From Candidatus Eiseniibacteriota bacterium (GTDB lineage Bacteria > Eisenbacteria > RBG-16-71-46), in NCBI GenBank assembly GCA_031370785.1, contig JANMQY010000069.1, positions 1 through 35,221 of the forward strand: 35,221 nucleotides of DNA, given 5' to 3'. Numbering within the stretch: position 1 is the stretch's first letter; every line of letters begins with the position of its first letter. The notes below the pieces were generated by a model, which worked only from the letters and a program-made list of their open reading frames with translations, ran no database searches and was not told where the DNA came from. Positions 28,801 to 35,221 of the stretch are shown here, one piece after another. Both the position numbers and the translations under genes were made by a program.

Positions 28801-29156
28801 ACAGCTCGCGCGTCAATGCCGCCGCCGGCAGGAACGCCGCGGCCGCTCAGAAGCCCTACGTCGTGCCCAATCCGTACGTGGGGGCGGCGAGCTTCGAGCC
28901 CGGGCGATTCGCCACTTCCGGGCGCGGCGAGAGACGCATCGAATTCCGCTCGATCCCGCTGGGCGCGACGATTCGCATCTACACCGTGCGCGGAGATCTG
29001 GTGCAGACGCTGCGCCAGGACGGATCGAGCGCGGGGTTCGTGGCGTGGAATCTGAGGAGCAAGGATAACCTCGACGTGGCGCCCGGACTCTATGTGTACG
29101 CAGTCGAGGCGCCGGGGTATTCGAGCACGGTCGGAAAGTTCGCGGTGATCAAATGA
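25827..29156 (+). CDS. Large (1109 aa) secreted protein of unknown function with acidic loops, FN3-like module and variant T9SS-type CTD
   Basis: ATGA overlaps at both ends; signal peptide; DGVDNDRDG and DVGTDG..DTGEGDG loops; VRLSWD..FEGYRIYRS..YYYAVCAYD; tail YVVPNPY...IRIYTVRGDLV...WNL...PGLYVYAV...GKFAVIK. Confidence 0.88.
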   Translation: MSGRMLRLSAFASLSVALLALAASRGAAQPLPVVPKAQRSQIGSERSGLHDAANIRTVFWNFGMVGDYPSDPGNVDLSVFHSVEVPKGSGMNYSDGTTPFVLARRVQPDSSVFFIMETGFRERQGISPYTNRQMRFEPRPGFFQADPTINQGRSPAVSSDPRTWPDFWPDRVNDPDDSGWRGSWNGYFGKRPAADQESYSVMDDDAFDAWPSFLPDSRDATRRGLALRVEVRGFQWSNPQAGNVIFWHYDITNEGTTDYDDDIIFGMYMDSGVGGSSISCDGIFESDDDNANFDRTQGLNLVYTWDKNGHGRDLSGPCGKTGYLGYAYLETPGNSSDGVDNDRDGIKDERRDGGPGIQIFGQAAILAYLAANYDTAAFIGHYGPLADRPAYRAGVWWTGDEDLDWRADLNDVGTDGVKDTGDTGEGDGIPTEGEPNFDRTDIDESDQIGLTGFKMNRIRAGQGNPDPTADDIVFYDNPKHWPETLWEQFTNSNPAARFDPPLQENYNIGFLFASGPFKLKAGKRERFSLALAYGADLTELRDNVKTVQLIYNANYQFATPPVIPTVSAEAGDHYVRLSWDDVAERSFDPVTNAYDFEGYRIYRSTDPDFLDPKVMVSGRGNPLNQLNGKPMAQIDLADGRRGYSNIAIEGLAYWLGDDTGLTHTWVDTTAVNGQQYYYAVCAYDYGFDPAIDSTAALNGFKLPAIYPSEDPISISRTPRGGIIYPPNAVAVRPNPRVPGFEKASVGPIAHVAGDGTGQVEVRVVNTDEVPDGHLFKIEFTAPAPESIRATAYSFTDSTTGRVLFTTGADLDGEGTGPAASGLLPVISTGPYVTVDSASAFRQGYVTNTLLKAAYQTTGRPINQRRDGFPNDMRIDFDDVVQDTGIALGVGFTVPRPAKFRVYALTPQGDRQLDFRFRDLDASTTLNRADEWIDILTGPGPPWTTTDVTWRVQLDTLGQGVRGPIRAPGLGDVYDLKIRRPLNASDVFVFRTDSSRVNAAAGRNAAAAQKPYVVPNPYVGAASFEPGRFATSGRGERRIEFRSIPLGATIRIYTVRGDLVQTLRQDGSSAGFVAWNLRSKDNLDVAPGLYVYAVEAPGYSSTVGKFAVIK

Positions 29157-30190
29157 ACGCCGTTCGACAGAGTATCCGTGTGGCGAGTGTGGGTCTGACG
29201 CTGGCGCTCGCGACCTTATGCGTTCCGGCCGACTCGGCTGCTCAGAGCAAGAGTGGCACTTCGTTCGGGAGCTTCCTCCAGATCGAACCGAGCGCGCGGG
29301 TCGCCGGCATGGGCAACGCCGGCGTCTCGATCGACGGCGGGCTGGAGACTGCCTATTACAACCCGGCCGCGGTCGGACGGCTCGATCGCTGGACGTTCAC
29401 GTTCAATCACGCGGCCTGGTTCGCCGACATCACCTACGACTACGCGGCGCTCGGCGCGCCCATGGGCAAATGGGGAAACGCATTCCTGACCCTGACCATG
29501 CTCGGCTCCGGCCAGATGGACGTGCGCACCGTCCAGAGCCCGCTCGGCACCGGTGAGACGTTCACCGTCAGCGATGCCGCGCTCGGACTCGGATACGCGC
29601 TGGAAGTGACCGACCGCTTCTCGGCCGGCGGGCAGATCAGCTGGGTGCAGGAGCGCATCTGGCACAGCACCGCGGGCACCGTCACCTTCAACCTCGGCAC
29701 GCTGTACCGGACCTCGGTGAACGGGCTTCGCATCGGAGCGAGCCTCGCCAACTTCGGGACGCAGTCGCGCTTCGATGGGCGCGACCTGCGCATCCTGTTC
29801 GACCAGGATCCCTCGATTCATGGCGACAACGGCACGCTACCCGGGTCGATGTTCACCGACGCGTTCTCGGTCCCGGTGATGTTCCGCGCCGGCATCGGCC
29901 AGGCGTTCCAGGTCGCGAATGATGCGCGGCTCGACGTCGTGCTGGATGCGTTCCATCCGGGCGACAACACCGAGAGCATCAGCGCGGGCACCGAGCTCGA
30001 GCTGCGCAAGACGCTCGCGCTCCGCGCCGGCTATCAGAATCTTTTTCTGCAGGACTCCGAGCTGGGGCCGACTCTGGGCGCCGGCATACTCGGAGAGCGT
30101 CCTTCCTTCCACTACCGTGTGGACTACGCGTGGGCCGATCAGGGGCGTCTGGGAAGTTCCCACCGCTTCTCGCTCGGGCTGCGCTTCTGA
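29153..30190 (+). CDS. PorV/PorQ-family outer-membrane beta-barrel (FadL-like)
   Basis: FLQIEPSARVAGMGNA, AYYNPAA, LRAGY, VDYAW, HRFSLGLRF ending in a C-terminal Phe. Confidence 0.88.
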   Translation: MNAVRQSIRVASVGLTLALATLCVPADSAAQSKSGTSFGSFLQIEPSARVAGMGNAGVSIDGGLETAYYNPAAVGRLDRWTFTFNHAAWFADITYDYAALGAPMGKWGNAFLTLTMLGSGQMDVRTVQSPLGTGETFTVSDAALGLGYALEVTDRFSAGGQISWVQERIWHSTAGTVTFNLGTLYRTSVNGLRIGASLANFGTQSRFDGRDLRILFDQDPSIHGDNGTLPGSMFTDAFSVPVMFRAGIGQAFQVANDARLDVVLDAFHPGDNTESISAGTELELRKTLALRAGYQNLFLQDSELGPTLGAGILGERPSFHYRVDYAWADQGRLGSSHRFSLGLRF

Positions 30191-30203
30191 TTCTGGAGAC
30201 CTG

Positions 30204-31778
30204 ATGACCCGCCATGCACCCTTGCTCATGCTCCTCGCCGCGCTATCCCTCGGGCCCGCTCCGGCCCGCGCCCAGACCACGGACGCGGTCCTCGACACGC
30301 TCCAGCACACCGCCTTCGATTACTTCTGGGCCGAGGCCAATGCCTCGAACGGGCTGGTCAAGGACCGCAGCACCGGGACTTCTCCTGCCAGCATCGCCGC
30401 GGTGGGCTTCGGACTCTCGGCGATCTGCATCGGCACGGATCACGGCTGGGTGAGCCGGGCGACGGCGCGCGACCGGGTGCTGACCACGCTTCAGACCTTC
30501 TGGAACGGACCGCAGGGGAACGCCGCGTCCGGGATGATCGGCTACAAGGGGCTCTTCTACCACTTCCTCGACATGAACACCGCGACCCGCACCTGGGATT
30601 CGGAGCTGTCGACCATCGACACCGCGCTCCTGTTCGCGGGAATCCTCGACGCGAAGCAGTACTTCGACGGCGGTGACGCAGGTGAAATCCAGATTCGCGC
30701 ACTGGCCGACTCGATCACGCGGCGCGCGGACTGGACCTTCACGCGGAATTTCAGTCCGGGCATTTACATGGGGTACAAACCGGGCACGGCCTTCGGGGGA
30801 TTCGGGAAGTGGGTCGGATACAACGAGGCCATGATCATGTACATCATCGCGATGGGCTCGCCGACTCACCCGGTGCCCGGCACCGACTGGAGCAAGTGGA
30901 CCAGCGGCTACAGCTGGGGCACGCAGTATGGTTACACCTACCTCATCTTCCCGCCGTTGTTCGGGCACCAGTACTCGCACTGCTGGATCGATTTCCGCTC
31001 GATACAGGACAGCTACATGCGGACCAAGGGGAGCACGTACTTCATCAACTCGCGCAGCGCCACGCTCGCGCAGCAGGCCTATTGCATCGCCAACCCCGGG
31101 GCATGGACCGGCTACAGCTCGACGCTGTGGGGCCTGACCGCCGGGGATGGTCCGTTCGGCTACAACGCGCGGGGCGCGCCTCCCGCGCAGAACGACGACG
31201 GCACGATCGCGCCGACCGCGGCCATCAGCAGCCTGCCGTTCGCGCCCGAGATCGTGTTGCCCACCATCGACAACTTCTGGAACAACTATCGGGCTCCGCT
31301 GTTCGGGCCCTACGGATTTCGCGACGGGTTCAACCTGACCTACTCGTGGTATGACACGGACGTCCTCGGCATCGATCAGGGTCCAATCATCCTGATGATC
31401 GAGAACTACCGCACCGGATCGGTGTGGAACCGGATCAAGCAGAACCCGGACATCCAGGCCGGACTGGCTCAGGCGGGATTCAGCGCGGTCCTCGCGGTTT
31501 CACCTCCCGTGGCACCGGTGGACCTCTCGTTCTCGTCCTTCCCGAACCCGTGGACGCACTCGACGTCGCTGCGCTTCCGCCTGCCTTCGGCCGGGCCGGT
31601 TCGACTCTCGGTCTACGATCTGGCCGGGCGCGAGGAGCTTCGTCTGGTGGACGGCGTGATGTCGGCGGGGGATCACGCGATTCCGCTCGTGAACGGAACG
31701 CTCGGCGCGGGCCTGCACCTGTATCGACTCGAATGGAACGGCAAGCACCGCACGCTCAAGGGAATCCGCCTCCCGTGA
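30204..31778 (+). CDS. GH144-like ('glucoamylase family') glycoside hydrolase, putative beta-1,2-glucanase, with T9SS-type CTD
   Basis: SD GGAG; signal peptide; SIAAVGFGL, KGLFYHFLD, ELSTIDTALL, GYNEA, PLFGHQYSH, WGLTA, DGTIAPTAA, GIDQGPI; tail FPNPW...VYDLAGR...GLHLYRL. Confidence 0.88.
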   Translation: MTRHAPLLMLLAALSLGPAPARAQTTDAVLDTLQHTAFDYFWAEANASNGLVKDRSTGTSPASIAAVGFGLSAICIGTDHGWVSRATARDRVLTTLQTFWNGPQGNAASGMIGYKGLFYHFLDMNTATRTWDSELSTIDTALLFAGILDAKQYFDGGDAGEIQIRALADSITRRADWTFTRNFSPGIYMGYKPGTAFGGFGKWVGYNEAMIMYIIAMGSPTHPVPGTDWSKWTSGYSWGTQYGYTYLIFPPLFGHQYSHCWIDFRSIQDSYMRTKGSTYFINSRSATLAQQAYCIANPGAWTGYSSTLWGLTAGDGPFGYNARGAPPAQNDDGTIAPTAAISSLPFAPEIVLPTIDNFWNNYRAPLFGPYGFRDGFNLTYSWYDTDVLGIDQGPIILMIENYRTGSVWNRIKQNPDIQAGLAQAGFSAVLAVSPPVAPVDLSFSSFPNPWTHSTSLRFRLPSAGPVRLSVYDLAGREELRLVDGVMSAGDHAIPLVNGTLGAGLHLYRLEWNGKHRTLKGIRLP

Positions 31779-32908
31779 TGCCCGAGAGACGCAGTCGCCG
31801 CAGGAGCGCGGGGCCGGTTCCCGCGACCATCCGCGACGTGGCCCGCGTGAGCAAGGTGAGCATCGCGACGGTCTCGCGCGTGTTCAACGACAGCACGCTG
31901 GTGAGCGGGACCACGCGGCAGCGCGTGCTCGCGTCGGCCTCGCGTCTCGGCTACTGGCCGAACGGCATCGCGCGCAGCCTCATCACCAACCGCACGCACA
32001 CGCTCGGCGTACTCATGCCCGACCTGCACGGCGAGTTCTTCTCCGAGGTCATTCATGGGCTGGACCTGAAGGCGCGCGAGCGCGGATTCCACATCCTGGT
32101 CTCGCGTTCCAGCTCGACCGCCGAAGAGCTGACCGCGGCGCTGCGTTCCATGCGCGGGCGCGTGGATGGCCTGATCGTGATGGCGCCGGCGCTGGATCAG
32201 GCAGAGGCGATCGGACCGTTGCTAGGAGACCTGCCGACGGTGCTTCTCAATCCGGAGGGCGGTAGCGCCGGCTGCGACTCGATCGCGATCGCCAACCGGG
32301 ACGGCGCGCGCGCCATGGTGCGGCATCTGATCCGCGTCGGCCACCGCCACATCGCGCTGATCACCGGACCCACCGACAACATCGACTCGCGGCAGCGGCT
32401 CGAGGGCTACCAGGCCGCGATCCGCGAGTCGGACGCCGAGGCGGCCGAGGACCTGGTTTCCGTCGGAGATTTCGGCGAGCGCTCGGGATACGATGCGGCG
32501 GTGAAGATCCTGGAGCGCACGCCCCGACCTACCGCTGTGTTCGCCGCAAACGACTACATGGCGGTGGGTGTGATCGGGGCGCTTGCAGATGCCGGGCTCA
32601 GCGTGCCCGAGGATATGGCGGTGGTGGGGTTTGATGACATCCCGCTGGCGCGCTATCTGACTCCGCCGCTCACGACCGTACACGTCGACATGCTGCGGCT
32701 CGGCGAGCGAGCGGTGGATCTGCTGCTCGAGCGTCACAGCCCGGGCGCGACGGACGGCGCGACTCATGGCACTTCTGATGGCCCGCGACAGGAGATCCTG
32801 CCGACCACGCTCGTGGTCCGCGGCTCGTGCGGGTCACGCCCTCCGGGTGCGGGAGAGAGCGGCGGCCGCTGGAATCGCATTCACCCGGCGCGCGGTTCCC
32901 GCCACTAG
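31778..32908 (+). CDS. LacI-family transcriptional regulator
   Basis: HTH ATIRDVARVSKVSIATVSRVFN; hinge ARSL; AVFAANDYMA; VPEDMAVVGFDD; PPLTTV; TGATG overlap with the upstream gene. Confidence 0.96.
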   Translation: MPERRSRRRSAGPVPATIRDVARVSKVSIATVSRVFNDSTLVSGTTRQRVLASASRLGYWPNGIARSLITNRTHTLGVLMPDLHGEFFSEVIHGLDLKARERGFHILVSRSSSTAEELTAALRSMRGRVDGLIVMAPALDQAEAIGPLLGDLPTVLLNPEGGSAGCDSIAIANRDGARAMVRHLIRVGHRHIALITGPTDNIDSRQRLEGYQAAIRESDAEAAEDLVSVGDFGERSGYDAAVKILERTPRPTAVFAANDYMAVGVIGALADAGLSVPEDMAVVGFDDIPLARYLTPPLTTVHVDMLRLGERAVDLLLERHSPGATDGATHGTSDGPRQEILPTTLVVRGSCGSRPPGAGESGGRWNRIHPARGSRH

Positions 32909-32915
32909 ACCGACC

Positions 32916-34445
32916 GTGCCGCCCTCGACCGCAGGGAAGGGGGGTTGCCTGGACGCATCGCGCCATGGCGAGCCGCTTCGCCGCGCCCTCCGGGGCCTGC
33001 TCGTGCTCGCGATCGCCTTCGCCGGCACGACGTGCCACAGCGCGGCGCTTCGCGCACCGCAGGGGCTTGCGAGTCGGACGCCGGACGCTTTGGCCGGCAC
33101 GCTCGCGCCGCACGAGATCGCGTTTCTCGACACGCTCGAGCAGCGCACCTTCCTCTGGTTCTGGGATCTGAGCGATTCGCTGACCGGGCTCACGCCTGAT
33201 CGCGCGCCGACCCCCTCGTTCGTCAGCGTCGGTGCGATCGGCTTCGCGCTCACGGCGTATCCGATCGGCGCCGAGCGTGGCTGGATCACGCGCTCCCAGG
33301 CTGCGACGCGGACGCGAAGGACGCTCGAGTTCCTGTGGCGCGCACGTCAGGACAGCGCCTCCTCGGGCTCGGCCGGCTACCGCGGGTTCTTCTATCACTT
33401 TCTCGATCCCCGGACCGGAACGCGATTCGAGCGCGTAGAGCTTTCCACCATGGACACTGCGCTGCTCATCGCCGGCGCGTTGTTCTGCGGCTCGTGGTTC
33501 GACCACGTCGACCCGGACGAGTTCCGCATCCGCGCGCTTGCCGAATCGCTCTACGCCCGCGTGGACTGGGCGTGGACGGTGGTGCGTCCGCCCACCCTGT
33601 CGCTGGGCTGGAGTCCCGAGAACGGACACCTGCCCTATGACTGGCGCGGCTACAACGAGGCCATGCTGCTCCACATCCTGGCGCTCGGCTCGCCGACACA
33701 CCCGGTCGACCCCGCGGTGTGGAGCGCCTACACCTCGCGCTATCGCTGGGGCACCTTCTACGGCTATCCGCATCTTGGATTTGCGCCGCTGTTCGGGCAC
33801 CAGTACACCCACGTGTGGGTCGACTTCCGCGGAGTGTCCGACGCATGGATGCGCGGGCGCGGGCTCGATTACTTCGAGAATTCGCGGCGCGCGACGCTCG
33901 CGCAGCGCGCCTACGCCATCGCGAATCCCGGCTCGTTCCGTGGCTATGGAGCGGAGTTATGGGGGCTGACCGCATGCGACGGGCCGCTGGACGCGAAGCT
34001 CGAGATCGCGGGGCGGACGCGCGAGTTCCGCACCTACGCCGCGCGCGGCGCCTCGTTCACCGAGATCGTCGACGATGGCACGATCGCACCCACCGCGGCT
34101 GGCGGGTCGGTTCCGTTCGCGCCCAGGGAGTGCGTCGCGGTGCTGCGCGCGATGCGCGCGAACTACGGGGAAATGGCCTTCAACCGCTACGGCTTCGTCG
34201 ATGCGCTGAATCCGACGCTCGACCGCATGGTCGACGTGCACCACGGCCGGATCGCAGGCGGCGTCGGATGGTTCGACACCGATCAGCTCGGGATCGATCA
34301 GGGTCCGATACTGGCGATGATCGAGAACGCGCGCAGCGGCCTGGTGTGGCGGGTCATGCGCCAGAATCCGCATGTGGTGCGCGGGCTGCGCCGCGCAGGA
34401 TTCGCGGGCGGATGGCTCGACTCCGCGGGGACGGGGGCGCGATGA
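32916..34445 (+). CDS. Second GH144-like glycoside hydrolase, no CTD, possibly a lipoprotein
   Basis: GFFYHFLD, ELSTMDTALL, GYNEA, PLFGHQYTH, WGLTACDGP, DGTIAPTAA, GIDQGPI; leader LRGLLVLAIAFAGTTC. Start uncertain (GTG 32916 chosen as first in-frame start after the lacI stop). Confidence 0.88.
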   Translation: MPPSTAGKGGCLDASRHGEPLRRALRGLLVLAIAFAGTTCHSAALRAPQGLASRTPDALAGTLAPHEIAFLDTLEQRTFLWFWDLSDSLTGLTPDRAPTPSFVSVGAIGFALTAYPIGAERGWITRSQAATRTRRTLEFLWRARQDSASSGSAGYRGFFYHFLDPRTGTRFERVELSTMDTALLIAGALFCGSWFDHVDPDEFRIRALAESLYARVDWAWTVVRPPTLSLGWSPENGHLPYDWRGYNEAMLLHILALGSPTHPVDPAVWSAYTSRYRWGTFYGYPHLGFAPLFGHQYTHVWVDFRGVSDAWMRGRGLDYFENSRRATLAQRAYAIANPGSFRGYGAELWGLTACDGPLDAKLEIAGRTREFRTYAARGASFTEIVDDGTIAPTAAGGSVPFAPRECVAVLRAMRANYGEMAFNRYGFVDALNPTLDRMVDVHHGRIAGGVGWFDTDQLGIDQGPILAMIENARSGLVWRVMRQNPHVVRGLRRAGFAGGWLDSAGTGAR

Positions 34446-35221
34446 CTCGCATGCTCCGCACGGCGCTCGTCCTGGCCGTTGCCTGCGCCACTGCCGGCTG
34501 CCGTGACGACGCACGCGCTCCGCTTCGCTTCTGGGCGATGGGGCGCGAGGGCGAGGTCGTGCGCGATCTGGTCAGGGACTTCGAGCGCGAGACCGGCATC
34601 CGCGTCGAAGTGCAGCAGATCCCGTGGTCGGCGGCGCACGAGAAGCTGCTCACCGCCTACGTCGGGCGCTCGACCCCGGACGTGGCGCAGCTCGGGAACA
34701 CCTGGATCTCCGAGTTCACCGCGCTACATGCGCTCGATCCGCTCGATGCGCGGGTCGCATCGTCCGCGACTCTGACCCGCGAGTCGTTCTTCCCCGGAAT
34801 CTGGGACACCAACGTGCTCGACGGCACGACCTGGGGGATCCCGTGGTACGTCGACACGCGGGTGCTGTTCTACCGCCGCGACCTGCTCGCCCGCGCTGGA
34901 TACGATTCGATACCGGGCACGTGGGAGGCATGGCGCACGTGCATGCGCGCGATCAAGCGCCAGGCGGGCGATCAGAAGTACGCGATCTTCCTGCCGACCA
35001 ACGAATGGACCGTGCCGGTGCTGCTCGGGCTGCAGGCCGGTTCGCCCTTGCTGGCCGACGAAGGTACGCGCGGCGCGTTTGCCGCGCCCGAATTCCGCCG
35101 GGCGTTCGATTTCTACATCGGGCTGTTCCGCGAATCGCTCGCGCCACCTCTCTCGGGCACGCAGATCGCGAATCTCTACCAGGAGTTCGAGCGCGGCTAC
35201 TTCTCGATGTACGTGACCGGC
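34442..35221 (+). CDS. Sugar ABC transporter substrate-binding lipoprotein (truncated by window end; absent from the ORF track)
   Basis: ATGA overlap with the upstream stop; MTRMLRTALVLAVACATAGC lipobox; LRFWAMGREGE, QQIPWSAAHEKLLTA, PDVAQLGNTW, GIPWYVDTRVLFYR. Confidence 0.92.
   Translation, partial: MTRMLRTALVLAVACATAGCRDDARAPLRFWAMGREGEVVRDLVRDFERETGIRVEVQQIPWSAAHEKLLTAYVGRSTPDVAQLGNTWISEFTALHALDPLDARVASSATLTRESFFPGIWDTNVLDGTTWGIPWYVDTRVLFYRRDLLARAGYDSIPGTWEAWRTCMRAIKRQAGDQKYAIFLPTNEWTVPVLLGLQAGSPLLADEGTRGAFAAPEFRRAFDFYIGLFRESLAPPLSGTQIANLYQEFERGYFSMYVTG

Noticed and set aside
30204..34445. Starch-degrading glucoamylases
   Set aside because: Motifs fit the PF10091/GH144-like group rather than GH15; the 'glucoamylase' label is historical.
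1..35221. CRISPR array, transposase, prophage or defence system
   Set aside because: No regularly spaced repeats or recognisable mobile or defence genes seen on either strand.

Overview
GC-rich bacterial chromosomal window with no mobile element or CRISPR array. Several proteins carry FlgD-Ig/T9SS-type C-terminal sorting domains (CTDs), one carries a 'TFGALKSKY' tail, and there is a PorV-family gene. These features suggest an FCB-group lineage such as Candidatus Eisenbacteria (inference). Left part (1-10.4 kb): tRNA-Leu(TAA), DUF2723/TMEM260-like glycosyltransferase, secreted cupredoxin, 53-aa membrane protein, Cbp1-like coiled-coil protein, nitronate monooxygenase, hotdog thioesterase, TPR protein, a secreted CTD protein and mscL. 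Middle (10.5-20.8 kb): sucA-sucB-(membrane protein)-lpdA, a DUF4114-like secreted protein, MBL hydrolase, DedA and a sugar ABC ATPase. Right (20.9-35.2 kb): an apparent LacI-controlled glycan utilisation locus, probably for beta-1,2-glucan. It encodes a tandem CBM9-like protein, TonB-dependent receptor, 1109-aa CTD protein, PorV-family barrel, two GH144-like hydrolases, LacI and an ABC binding lipoprotein, with no recognisable SusD in the visible part. Best candidates for new biology: the translationally coupled TBDR / large cargo / PorV triad, and the short C-terminal 'TP-x4-TFGxLKxxY' putative sorting tail. All family calls come from motif recognition by eye; no searches were run.
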